A stretch of 64,000 bases of DNA from Macrostomum hystrix (GCA_950097015.1 CATNEN010000005.1:1860001-1924000), one strand, 5' to 3'; shown: positions 26,738 to 38,973, numbered from the stretch's first letter. Numbers and translations are program-made. The notes: generated by a model from the letters alone, not told the origin.

Positions 26738-27549
26738 AAAGATCCCTATTAACCAAATACGCGTTCAAGAAAGCAGTTTTGTCCCATTACCAGCACTCTA
26801 CCATGAGAAGCAGTGGGGTTGAGAGGCTAAGCGGTTATCGCGTTTGCCACTCGCACTAAGCTCAAATCCATGACCAGAATTAATTTAATGTGCGGTCGCG
26901 GAGAGAAGCCTTGGTAGCTTGATAGACTCCTTTATACACTTGGATATTAACAAATCACATTATACTCTACCTGTGATAGCTTCAGACTCTACACTGCGCA
27001 AACAACACCAAACAATCATCAAGTCCAGCTGAGTGGCGCAAGCAATAGGAAGAAGACAATCAACTATCACTACCAATCAACTAAAGATGCTGCTGCTGCT
27101 GCATTCAATCGATCAGCGACATCGGGAAACTGCACAAATACAAAGCGAACTACGGCTGTGTAAACAATAACAATTCGAACAGATTTCGTTGATTTACTGA
27201 TAAGAAACAAATTTCTGACACACAAAGTAGTGTCTATTTTGTTTGAAAATTTGCTCCAACAACTGCCGTCATATATTGCTGTCATTTTGTCTTTGGAATG
27301 CACCGACTTAAACAAAAATATAGGCTTTTAAAATATCTTTCATTAAACAAAAGTATTCGCATTGCATTTAAGTGTCTAATTCTCTAGGTGCGAAAAGCTG
27401 ACTTACCTTAATGACGATTAATAAAGTGCGATCTTAAGCGCAAATACACTAAAAATGTCTTCAAAGCCAAGCGATTTTAAGTCACTATAAAATTGTAACG
27501 ATTTTATAAGAATATTTCCAAAATCGATTAAGAGATCACTAGGAATTTT

Positions 27550-29105
27550 TGTAATGACTGACTGACACATCAGGAATGAGTGTAATGACTGACTGACACA
27601 TCAGGAATGAGTGTAATGACTGACTGACACATCAGGAATGAGTGTAATGACTGACTGACACATCAGGAATGAGTGTAATGACTGACTGACACATCAGGAA
27701 TGAGTGTAATGACTGACTGACACATCAGGAAAGAGTGTCATGACTGGCTGACACATCAGGAATGAGTGTAATGACTGACTGACACATCAGGAATGAGTGT
27801 AATGACTGGCTGACACACCAGGAAAGAGTGCAATGACTGGCTGACACACCAGGAAAGAGTGTAATGACTGACTGACACATCAGGAATGAGTGTAATGACT
27901 GACTGACACATCAGGAATGAGTGTAATGACTGGCTGACATCAGGAATGAGTGTCATGACTGACTGACACATCAGGAATGAGTGTAATGACTGGCTGACAC
28001 ACCAGGAAAGAGTGCAATGACTGGCTGACACATCAGGAATGAGTGTAATGACTGACTGACACATCAGGAATGAGTGTAATGACTGGCTGACATCAGGAAT
28101 GAGTGTCATGACTGACTGACACATCAGGAATGAGTGTCATGACTGACTGACACATCAGGAATGAGTGTAATGACTGGCTGACACACCAGGAAAGAGTGCA
28201 ATGACTGGCTGACACATCAGGAATGAGTGTAATGACTGACTGACACATCAGGAATGAGTGTAATGACTGGCTGACATCAGGAATGAGTGTAATGACTGAC
28301 TGACACATCAGGAATGAGTGTAATGACTGGCTGACACACCAGGAAAGAGTGCAATGACTGGCTGACACACCAGGAAAGAGTGTAATGACTGACTGACACA
28401 TCAGGAATGAGTGTAATGACTGACTGACACATCAGGAATGAGTGTAATGACTGACTGACACATCAGGAATGAGTGTAATGACTGGCTGACATCAGGAATG
28501 AGTGTAATGACTGACTGACACATCAGGAATGAGTGTAATGACTGACTGACACATCAGGAATGAGTGTAATGACTGGCTGACATCAGGAATGAGTGTCATG
28601 ACTGACTGACACATCAGGAATGAGTGTAATGACTGGCTGACACATCAGGAATGAGTGTAATGACTGACTGACACATCAGGAATGAGTGTAATGACTGACT
28701 GACACATCAGGAATGAGTGTAATGACTGGCTGACATCAGGAATGAGTGTAATGACTGACTGACACATCAGGAATGAGTGTAATGACTGGCTGACACATCA
28801 GGATTGAGTGTAATGACTGGCTGACACATCAGGAATGAGTGTAATGACTGACTGACACATCAGGAATGAGTGTAATGACTGACTGACACATCAGGAATGA
28901 GTGTAATGACTGGCTGACATCAGGAATGAGTGTCATGACTGACTGACACATCAGGAATGAGTGTAATGACTGGCTGACACATCAGGAATGAGTGTAATGA
29001 CTGACTCACACATCAGGAAAGAGTGTAATGACTGGCTGACACATCAGGATTGAGTGTAATGACCGACTGACACATCAGAAAAGAGTGAAATGACTGACTG
29101 ACAGG
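27550..29105 (+). repeat. 31 bp satellite (TCAGGAATGAGTGTAATGACTGACTGACACA), about 50 copies
   Basis: Period 31 counted at 27601/27632. Confidence 0.97.
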
Positions 29106-29720
29106 AAAGAAAATAGAAATAGTTAAACAGTCTATTTAAAGTATTTTTATGGATAGAATTTAAGCAGATATATATTTACCTAAATATTGAATAATGCTTT
29201 TTGAAAGCTTTTATTTACACATAAAAAGAGTAAAAACGCAATTTGTTCACGAAAGAATATTTGCTATGCTCATAAATTTGATGGGCTAGAAAAATTCGAA
29301 ACATAACAAATAAAAAGCAGCTAAATTGGCAAAAAATGAAGCAGAGATTCAAATTTGTAATCTTCAAGGTGGACAATGAAATTTAAAATGGAGATATTAA
29401 TCTTAGTCTGACTGGAGTAAGATTAGCAGTAAACTGGATTACTTTAAGCTAGCCTCTTAAACTGTTAAATGTGATTCGGATTCCATGTAAATATAATGGG
29501 TTTCCGAATTTCGTATCACAGCTCTGCCATTCCTAGCTTAATCTTTGCGAGTGTGGAGTCAAATCAAAGATGAAATTGTTCTACATTTGAATCGTTATTA
29601 ACTATAACCACAAACGACTAGAGATGAGACTAGATGCACGGCCTTTTAAAAGCCATGTTTTATTATCAGAACGCTCAGAAAGAAATATTCCCGACATTAC
29701 TTCAGTATTCTTCTGCTTAT

Positions 29721-30756
29721 TTACTTTTTCGCTTTTTTAACTTGTTCTTTTGCCGGTTTAGGCGACAAAAACCAGCGTCGCCAGGACTGCGGCTGAGGCG
29801 GCAACGGCGGCGCTTGACTTGGCAGTGCTGAAGGCCGCGGATGTAGAGGCGGCGGAGACTGCGGCGGAGCCTCATGCTGCCGCTGGCTGTGGAAATCTTT
29901 CAACTGGGTATAAAGTTCATCTAACTCCTCGTGACTTTTTTCTCGTTGTTTTCGTTCGAGTTGGAACAGTGCTTTAGAAGCTGCAGCCTCTGCAACCAGA
30001 GCTGAGCGAAAGCGTTCTAGTTCAACTAGCTGGCTTTTCGTTGACGCGAGAGCTTCCGTTAAGCGATCGATTTCGCTTTGCAGCGTTGCCAAGGTGTAGC
30101 TAGAACTTGGATTTGCAGATTGAAGCGCGTCTTTGTCGTCCAACTCGAGTTTAGCTTCTTTTTCAACATCAGCCTCTTTGAGATAACGTTTAACCTCCGC
30201 TTCGACGGCAACAAAATCAGCGATTTCGGCTTGCCAGCGTTCGCTCTGACACTCCCAAAACTCTTGCCATTGCTGATTGGCCAGCGAAAGCTGAAGAGAT
30301 GGAGGCAGACAGGCAAAAATGACAGAAGTGGTAAAAACTACAGTCTATAATATATCAATTAGGAATTACCTGACCGTTCTCCTTTAAAATTTGTTTTATC
30401 TCTTGCTTGCTCATCGCGTCATTTTCAGAAGTAGCAACAGCAGCAGCAGATTGAACAGAGGGCCCAACCTGCTTTTGAAGTGAAATCAAACTAAAATTTA
30501 AAATACAAAAATTTTTTTTTCTTAATCTACAATGGGTACCTACCTGAATCTCTGACGCAATCAAGACATCAACTAGCTGCATGGCACAGGATGCAGTCTG
30601 GTCGGAATGCAGCAGTCTTGTCAGTGCAAAATGCAGCATATCCTTAGCACTTGCCGCATTGTTGCAGGCTTCGCTTTTGGCAACACAAATGGCACAGGAA
30701 TTGTCAACACAGCAGCAAGGTGCGCAAGACATTGATTTGGCTGGAAGAAACGTTGC
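29721..30756 (-). CDS. Coiled-coil protein, 3 exons (~30756..30544, 30468..30370, 30290..29721), weakly TNIP/CEP55-like
   Basis: GT-AG junctions, all phase 0, give ...KQILKENGQ|LSLANQQWQEFWECQSERWQAEI..., then heptad-rich sequence and a Pro-rich tail. Start codon uncertain. Confidence 0.6.
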
Positions 30757-30834
30757 CTGTATTTGCAAATTTTTGCATTTTTGCGCAATAAATTTGGATA
30801 CAGTTAGAAACTGAATTGCTAATCTAGCCCTAGT

Positions 30835-31442
30835 GGATAAAGGAATTTAGAATGGATTGCTAGTCTAACCTCAGTGGATGAAGGAATTTAGAATGGATTG
30901 CTAGTCTAACCTCAGTGGATGAAGGAATTTAGAATGGATTGCTAGTCTAACCTCAGTGGATTAAGGAATTTAGAATGGATTGCTAGTCTAACCTCAGTGG
31001 ATTAAGGAATTTAGAATGGATTGCTAGTCTAACCTCAGTGGATTAAGGAATTTAGAATGGATTGCTAGTCTAACCTCAGCGGATAAAGGAATTTAGAATG
31101 GATTGCTAGTCTAACCTCAGTGGATTAAGGAATTTAGAATGGATTGCTAGTCTAACCTCAGTGGATTAAGGAATTTAGAATGGATTGCTAGTCTAACCTC
31201 AGTGGATTAAGGAATTTAGAATGGATTGCTAGTCTAACCTCAGTGGATGAAGGAATTTAGAATGGATTGCTAGTCTAACCTCAGTGGATTAAGGAATTTA
31301 GAATGGATTGGTAGTCTAACCTCAGTGGATTAAGGAATTTAGAATGGATTGCTAGTCTAACCTCAGTGGATTAAGGAATTTAGAATGGATTGCTAGTCTA
31401 ACCTCAGTGGATTAAGGAATTTAGAATGGATTGCTAGTCTAG
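30835..31442 (+). repeat. 41 bp satellite (AAGGAATTTAGAATGGATTGCTAGTCTAACCTCAGTGGATT), about 15 copies
   Basis: Period 41 counted. Confidence 0.96.
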
Positions 31443-31715
31443 GCCACAATTAAAAGACTGAAATGGTGTAGTGAGTGTGGTCGGTTTGGGATCCCTGGCC
31501 TAGAGTACTATCAAGTATAATACGAATAATCACTGAACAAATAGTTAGGATGCTGTGCTTCCGCCTAGCACTGGTGGCCGGAGCGTTTAGCTACATACTA
31601 AAAAGACAAACTTAAAAATATATCAAATAAAAATCAAGGTGAACTCAGATTTGCTTCTTATTTTGCACTAGGAATAAATTTTTAAATTGCGGAAAAATCG
31701 GTACTCAATAATGAC

Positions 31716-34502
31716 TCAGTATGTCAATGCACTAGGCGGCAAAACCTTATAAGGATTAAGAATTCCCTGAGGATCTAGCAATCGTTTAATCTGAACCATA
31801 ATTGCGACAGCTTCGGGGCTTTTGCAGTGACCCAAATAGGTGCTCCTCTTCCAGCCCAGGCCGTGCTCGGCACTTATTGAACCGCGCCGCTCGGCCAGCC
31901 AATTATAAACGAACGCCTCCAACTTTGGCCATAGACTATAGCAGGCAGCCTTCTCGGGATTGGCCGTCACCACTAGATGGAGGTTACCATCGCCAAGGTG
32001 ACCAAAACCCGCGATGCGAATTAGGCCGCTCTGACTGGCAGTCCAGTTAAATTCCAATTTCGTAGCTTCCATCAAGCGCAGCATGTCTAGTCGATTGTCA
32101 ACACTGGCGTCAAACTGCATGTAGCCGCCGGCGGGACCTGCGTCCGCCACCAGAGCTTCGAAGGCGCGCTCGCGTAGCGACCAAATCGAATTGAATTGGC
32201 GCGAATCGCTGGCCACAACGGCGTCGAAGTCTGACTTTGAATAACAAAACTCTTTCCATTATTTATACACTGAAACATAATACGCTCATAATTTAGCACA
32301 CTTGGAATCTGGGTTTAGGCGGGAGTGTGTGCATTAGAGGTTAGATGTTAGGCGAGTATGTTCATTTATGGTTTAGAGGTAAGGCAAGTGTAGATTATGG
32401 GCGAGTGGGTACTTTAGGGGGTTCGAAGCTAGGCGAGTGTGTACAATGGGGGTAGAGGTTGCGCAAGAGTTTATATTAAGGGGTAGAGGCTAGGCAAGTG
32501 TGGTGTACATTAGGGGTAGAGGCTAGGCAAGTGTGGTGTACATTAAGGGGTAGAGGCTAGGCAAGTGTGGTGTACATTAGGGGGTAGAGGCTAGGCAAGT
32601 GTGGTGTACATTAAGGGGTAGAGGCTAGGCAAGTGTGGTGCACATTAAGGGGTAGAGGTTGGGCGAGTGTGTACATTATGGACCATTAGAGGCTAGTGTG
32701 TACGTTAGGGGCTTAGAAGTTTGCACCTGGAATGCATGGTCTTGATGCAACGAGGTGAAATCTCAGCTCACCTTCCCCACCAAGAGAAGTGGTAATACGA
32801 TCAAGAAAATCGGCCAATTTTTCAGCATCATGCAATCCTGCCGAGTCGCATGAAGCCGTCTCAACAAGGGCGTAGAAGCTGCTAGCTTTGCCAGAGTTGT
32901 CACTCAGCGGACAGTTCAATCGGAGATTATTAGACACCGCCGACATTGTGGCCGAGTCCATAAATTCGAAGGCCGATAAGGTCTCTGATAGCGTGGAACG
33001 CGCCGCTGAGAAAATGGCCAGAACTGACTTAGATGGGTGGACGAGAATTTTAGTGAGATGAAGACAACTTAGTCTTGTAGGTGTACATAGTATTTTAAGA
33101 AGTGCACTGAAGACAAATAATAACAAACACAATTAATTTAGATAAGAAGACTAGCCAAAAGCATTGCTAGCGAATTGGCTAGCTGTACACAGCCTTTGGA
33201 AGCGCTGCGCTATGCCACGGGAGTACATTTCATCCCACTGGGCTAGGTGTAATTGCTTCTCTCTCTATCTCTGTCCATGGACTGGAGAGGCCCTCACATG
33301 TTATTTAAATATTTAACCCAGAGTAGCGATGGTACCACTTTATATAGATGGGTCAACGGAAGAATTAAGGAATGGTCAAGCTACCTGTGCAACATAAAAG
33401 TATATGCTAACTAAGGCACCACCTGAAAGCTCTGGCAGCCAATCAGAGTCAGTTGTACATTAGCGGGCCTAGGAGGACAGACCAGAGCCACTTTAGTCAG
33501 CACTCCGAGTGTGCCCTCGCTGCCAATCAACAGCTGAGCAAGGCTTCCTCTGTCATTTAAAGAAATCCGATTAGCGCAACCAGCTAGACAATCTAGAACC
33601 TCGCCATTTGGCAGAACAGCTTCAACGCCGCGAACGGAGGAGCGCAGAGAACCGTAGCGCAGTACGCGAACTCCGCCAGCGTTTGTAGATAAATTGCCGC
33701 CCAACTGACAGCTGGCCTTGGCGCCAAGATCTAGCGGGACAGTGAGCTGATGATCCGACAGGGCAGAGTCCAGCTCGGCTAGGACTAGACCCGCCTCTGC
33801 AATCACCAGGCCGGAGATCGGATCGATCTGCGTGATGCCATTTTTTATTTCCAATTAATTTTTTATGATAAAAATACACTGACGTACATGTATCTGTGTG
33901 GCCTACTTGTTGGCTGCAAGTAGACTATTGATTGGACCAAATGATTTATGACTGACGTTTTCAGCGGCTCATATCTCAACATAACATTATGTTATACGAG
34001 CGTATATGCAAGAATCAACGAAGCACACAGACTGATTCACCTCAAGTATGTGATTCATTCGGCCTAGAGACAACAACACCTCGTCGAATATGGGCACACC
34101 GGCGCCAGCCAATCCAGTGTTGCCTCCCTGTGGCACAATGGCTATCCTTTGCGCACTGCAATGTTGCAAGATCTGCGAAACTTCGCCGACAGAGCCCGGC
34201 CTTAGAAGCACATTACTTTGACCGCGGCAATCTCTAGGCCAGTCAGTGTTGGCCTTCTCTAATACCGACTCATCCGTGATCACGTTGTTAGCACCGACAA
34301 TGTCCGAGAACACTGACAGATCCTTGGATTCTACCCGACTGTAGGGACCCCGTGTTAGTCGACTGCCTTGGGCATCGATCGGAGGATAAACGACAGACGC
34401 CAACGGCGGGCTAATTTTCGAATAGGTCGCCAATCTCGCGGCCGCTGTTGCAGCGGCGAAGCTCGCGCGACGAACGAGAATGTGGCGAAACAGACACTGC
34501 TG
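31716..34502 (-). CDS. D2HGDH: FAD-linked D-2-hydroxyacid dehydrogenase, D2HGDH-like; exons 34502..34041, 33827..33423, 33027..32772, 32230..31716 (~546 aa if a Met is supplied)
   Basis: PQGGNTGLAG, LDLGAKASCQLGGNLSTNAGG, GSEGTLG, SAFEFMD, GHLGDGNLH, SAEHGLG, DPQGILNPYK. Splice phases are consistent. No in-frame ATG. Confidence 0.85.
32340..32720 (+). repeat. ~33 bp degenerate satellite (GGGGTAGAGGCTAGGCAAGTGTGGTGTACATTA) in D2HGDH-like intron 3
   Basis: Visible tandem units. Confidence 0.88.
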
Positions 34503-35056
34503 CTGCAGATTTTAAGTAGGGTTCGCATTACTGATCCGATGTTTGTACTTTTAATATAGTTTGATTTTTTCGATCTTTGGCTTGAGTAATGTTATAAGTC
34601 TAAAAATATATTCTCATATCGCAAAGTTTGGCCATTGAACCTATACAAACAAAAAATATTTTCGAAAAAAAATCCAACATGAATTCTCACAATCAAAATT
34701 AACAATGAAAATTTCTTACTACTAAAAGTTGTTGAGGGGCTTCCTGAGCTCGATTCCGCGGCGAGGCCACATTTATTTGGGGCGCAGTGGCGGAAAAAAG
34801 GCTCGGGAGCTTGCTGTGCAGTTTACACCCTTCAGGGCAACCTCCTAGGCACAGTGAGTGTGTGCACTGCCTGACGATGAGAATGTCAAGGCAGATGTGC
34901 ACACCTGTGAGTTTGTGCCTGTGTTCGCTGCACCGGAGTCAGCGAAATGGGTAGAATTGCCTCCTCGCCGGTTGCGGGTTTAGTGTTGTTATCATTTATA
35001 AAATTTGTTGAGAATTTGAAAAACCATTTCTTAAACTTCAATTGAAGCATCACTTA

Positions 35057-35171
35057 AAAGCTCTGGCAGCCAATCAGAGTCAGTTGTGCATTAGGGAGCC
35101 TAGGAGGACAGACCGGAGCCACTGAATTCAGCCCCTTGAGTGTGCCCCCGCTGCTAATCAACCGCTTCCTC
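35057..35171 (-). pseudogene. Diverged duplicate fragment of D2HGDH-like exon 2 (33426..33550)
   Basis: AAAGCTCTGGCAGCCAATCAGAGTCAGTTGT..CCTAGGAGGACAGACC occurs at both places. Confidence 0.8.
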
Positions 35172-35918
35172 GTACCCTAAGCAATGAGTTTCTGAAATCG
35201 AAGTTTAGTAATGGCAGTTCTTAAATCACATGAACACGTTTTATAATTTTTTTGTCAAAAAAGCTTACTTAGTGAGATTGTGAGCAAGCTTACTTAGAGA
35301 TCCTCAACTTCATATTACTAGTATTAATTTTATTTGATAAGTTGAAAAACAAGATAAAAAGTCAGGATAACAAATATTTTGTTTGAAAAAAAACTGACAA
35401 TAAAACAGCACTGGATATAAGGAGAAGTACTCGCTAGTCGCAAGTAGGCCTGTGTATTTCGAGTCTGTAGTTTATGAAATTACAACATACTTATTTCCAC
35501 TGCAGAATAGTCAGATATTATAGCAGGCATTTATTTAAATAGCGTTTTTGTTTGCATAGACAAGGTTAAAATATGGAAAAGCGACACTGTAAGGTATTTT
35601 TCAATGAGAGCAGAATATATTTCAACCGGAATTTAGATGACAAAAATCAAAAGACAGTAGAATCCTACTGGTTTAGTTAAGACTAACCGTTTCAGTTTCT
35701 CGTTACGTTTTCCTGGACCTAACCTGGCCTATATTAATTTGTTTACATGGGAATACATACTATTATTAATAACACGGAGAGTTTAACCTACCAAAGTAAG
35801 CACAAATTTGTAGAAAAAAAACAATTTAACAGACAAAGCAATAGACCGATAGTCACTAACAATAGGCTTCTATTTCATCGACTCCAGAACCACAGAGGAC
35901 GATGAGAAAATCGATATA

Positions 35919-36680
35919 TTAAGCCTTCTTCTCGGCTTCCTTCTTGGCGAGTTCGGCCTTTTCTAAATCTTTGATAAGTTGTTCCACTCGTGACTGCGGC
36001 AATAGGCTCAAATAGGTGTTAGAATCGCGTCTAGTGAATACGGCTATTTCAACTTTGTCGGCTGACAATTTACTCATGGTCATAGATTTGTTGAGCACTT
36101 TAATAGTGAGACTGAGCGCTTCATCAATGCTCATATTCTCGGCGTGTTCCTGATCCAGCATGCTATTGGCTGCGGCGGCATTGCTGCCAATGCATGTGGC
36201 CTTCCAGCCGCTGAAGTTGCCGCTGGGGTCGCTTTGGTAAAGCTGATAGCCGTAGTGCAGATCCCAGCCAGCGTACAGCATGCTGACACCGAACGGTCGC
36301 CTACCGCCAAACATTGTATAGGCGTGTTTGATATCGCAGATAGATGACACCAGTTGTTCAACAGGAATTGGCTCCTGGTACTGAAGCAAGTAGCGTTGAG
36401 CGCTAAGACGCATCTCATCTATTAGCACATTGGCATCGGCTGTAATACCGCCAACTGCAACGCACATATCGTCATTGATCTTGTAGATCTTCTCGGAGAA
36501 GTTAGGCTCGTCTAATAGTTTGTTAATATTACGCCGCTCAGCAGCCAGAATGATGCCGTCGCGAGCTAGGATGCCCATACAGGTGCCAGCGTGGCCAACA
36601 GCCTCCATGGCGTACTCAACCTGATAAAGGCGACCCTCCGGAGAAAAGGTTGTAGTGCGAGTGTCGTATCTGCGAGCCAT
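35919..36680 (-). CDS. PSMA4: Proteasome subunit alpha type-4 (alpha3), intronless, 253 aa
   Basis: [28 protein letters not shown]; [16 protein letters not shown]; [17 protein letters not shown]. Confidence 0.97.
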   Translation of the reverse strand: MARRYDTRTTTFSPEGRLYQVEYAMEAVGHAGTCMGILARDGIILAAERRNINKLLDEPNFSEKIYKINDDMCVAVGGITADANVLIDEMRLSAQRYLLQYQEPIPVEQLVSSICDIKHAYTMFGGRRPFGVSMLYAGWDLHYGYQLYQSDPSGNFSGWKATCIGSNAAAANSMLDQEHAENMSIDEALSLTIKVLNKSMTMSKLSADKVEIAVFTRRDSNTYLSLLPQSRVEQLIKDLEKAELAKKEAEKKA

Positions 36681-37105
36681 GTCTCAGTTTACAAAAGTAT
36701 GTTTTGTTTATTTAAATCGATTAGTTCTTTAAGGCTTAGATTAAATTCTTATCGTCCTTAGCCACTGGAAAGTGTAGGCGGGATTGTGTACAACCGGTTC
36801 AGTCTGTGGACTGGGGGCCTGAACTACACATAATGAACAGACCTAAATGACTAACTAAAAAACTATGAAGTAGCATTTTAGTTGTCCGCTTGTATAATTT
36901 AAAATTTGAAAACAGAAATAAAAGTGTACAGTGAGGTAAATATATTTAATAAAATATGACGCCGCTGTCGAAGCAGAACTTGAAATTCTTCCCAGAGGCA
37001 AAATTGGCGAATCTAAAATAAAAATAGTGAATAGTTTTTATTTCTTAGAATAGGCTAGTGAACTGCAAAATGTGTGTATTAATAAGTAGAAGTGCAAATA
37101 AAAGT

Positions 37106-37185
37106 TCAGCAACGGATAAAAAGTCACCAACAATGGTTACTAGCATAGTAACTAGGTTCATTTGGGGAAAGAAGTTTGTCATCAT
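37106..37185 (-). ncRNA. SNORD12: Box C/D snoRNA, SNORD12/snR190 family, copy in intron 8
   Basis: ATGATGA-CAAA-CTTCTTTCCCC-AA-ATGA ... ATCCGTTG-CTGA. Confidence 0.88.
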
Positions 37186-37374
37186 TTTGTATAGAAAATT
37201 AAGTATAAGAACGAATAGAAACGTTGAAATTGTTAATAGAACTCACGACATTATTCCGTTGTTTGTTCTTGAACTTAATCTTTTCTGCGAATCTGCAAAT
37301 TAAATTTATGGTAAGATTAACAATGTTGATTTCGTTAAAAAAACATCAAACTAATTTTCAAATACGACCGTAGC

Positions 37375-37456
37375 TCAGTAACGGAATGAGAATCATTAAT
37401 AGGTATTGATCACATTCTTAATGACCAATCATTTGGGGAAAGAAGTTTGTCATCAG
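37375..37456 (-). ncRNA. SNORD12: Box C/D snoRNA, SNORD12 family, copy in intron 7
   Basis: CTGATGA..CTTCTTTCCCC-AA-ATGA..TTCCGTTA-CTGA, with an AGC/GCT terminal stem. Confidence 0.88.
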
Positions 37457-37659
37457 TAGCTTAAAGTACTAGATATAAGACTGTTTCAATAACTTTATTC
37501 TTCACTTAAATGTGCTATCGCTTACCTGAAGACAGTGGGCCCTTTCTGCACTATCAGGATAGTGGGATCCTGCAATAAAATTAGTTTATTAGGAAATGTT
37601 GCGTCTGATTAATATAATCTTAATATAAAGCACGTGAATATGTAAAGCCAGGAAAAATT

Positions 37660-37738
37660 TCAGCAACGGATTAAGAATCACAAAACATGATCACATTCTT
37701 TTATGATCAATCATTTGGGGAAAGAAGATTGTCATCAC
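37660..37738 (-). ncRNA. SNORD12: Box C/D snoRNA, SNORD12 family, copy in intron 6
   Basis: GTGATGA-CAAT-CTTCTTTCCCC-AA-ATGA..ATCCGTTG-CTGA. Confidence 0.88.
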
Positions 37739-37912
37739 TATTCCAGGCGATTAAAAAAAATTGCCAGCACAGATTACTTACCAGTAGTGCGTCTTGTATC
37801 AGTTAAGCCGTTTTAGCCAGTGAAGCCTAAAAAGTTATCGGTTTTTTGTTTTTAAATAATTTTACGTAACAAGGCCGGCAATTTTTATGATGACGACGAG
37901 AAGCTCAATACA

Positions 37913-37993
37913 TCAGAAACGGAATGACTATCATAAAAGTTATGACCATTTTTCACTAATGGACATCAATTGGGGAAAGAAGTTTGTCATCAT
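37913..37993 (-). ncRNA. SNORD12: Box C/D snoRNA, SNORD12 family, copy in intron 5
   Basis: ATGATGA..CTTCTTTCCCC-AA-TTGA..TTCCGTTT-CTGA. Confidence 0.88.
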
Positions 37994-38212
37994 CCAAAAG
38001 AAAAAAGTATTTTTTTACTTAAAATGTATAACTGAATAAAAAATAAACGTCAGAATATACTCTTACCTTAAAGATATTATTGGTGAAGACAACTTGTTCA
38101 TGCTCTTCTGCTCCATTGGGGATTCTGAGGGTCACAGAAAACTATGAACAGTTGGCACTGATTGGTAAAAATTATATTAAGAAGTTGAACAATCTAAAGA
38201 TTTAGGTTTAGC

Positions 38213-38290
38213 TCAGCAACGGAATAAAAATCACAAACTATGATTACATTCAGTGTAACCAATCATTTGGGGAAAGAAGTTTGTCATCAT
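38213..38290 (-). ncRNA. SNORD12: Box C/D snoRNA, SNORD12 family, copy in intron 4
   Basis: ATGATGA..CTTCTTTCCCC-AA-ATGA..TTCCGTTG-CTGA; GTTTA/TAAAC terminal stem. Confidence 0.88.
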
Positions 38291-38524
38291 TAAACTATCA
38301 ATATAATTAACAGTAGAAAGAAAACGATATTTCCTCCCTAATAGAAGACCACGGGTATTTCAATTACCCACTACCTACTCCACGATAACTCCCTAAGCCA
38401 ATGTCTGATTTTCGTGTAAGTCCACCAAGAAGATGGACTGGACACCACCATATCAACTTTCAAATCCGTCAGACGCTAGGCGAATCAAAACTCGATTAAT
38501 TAATATCAGTCCATCTGCCGTAGG

Positions 38525-38673
38525 AACCTTTTTTCTCAGCAACCCAGTCACCAGGGTCCCCATCATCAGGGCTCAGTGTCAAGCAGCCGTCATTGAAGTG
38601 CCGATAGGTCGCCGCCGATGCTCCAGACGCTGATGATGGGACCCTGGTGACTGGGTTGCTGAGAACAAAGGTT
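38525..38673. repeat. ~45 bp inverted repeat (arms 38525-38569 and 38630-38673, 60-nt loop)
   Basis: The arms are reverse complements with 1 mismatch and 1 indel. Confidence 0.9.
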
Positions 38674-38973
38674 ACTGAGACTTGTTGACATAGTTTGTGG
38701 AGTCGACGAGGTTCCATGTTGAAATATTGTGAGAAGAAAAACATATGCCTACATTGGTGGTCTTTGCCATTTGAAATATCCGTGTCTTTTTACTGTTAAT
38801 CCAATTGGTCTTAAAACACAACACAAACTACTTACCAGATAGTAGTGTTAAGTATAGTGGCTTATGCCATATACTCTTTAGAAGCCAAGCGAAACTAAAA
38901 AGCAGATAAATAATTCATATTTGAAAGAGCTCTTATGGTAAACTGGTCAAATATGTACACCGCACAGTTTATG

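Noticed and set aside
38433-38744. Short ORFs in host intron 4
   Set aside because: No recognisable domain; the two share sequence only because of the inverted repeat.
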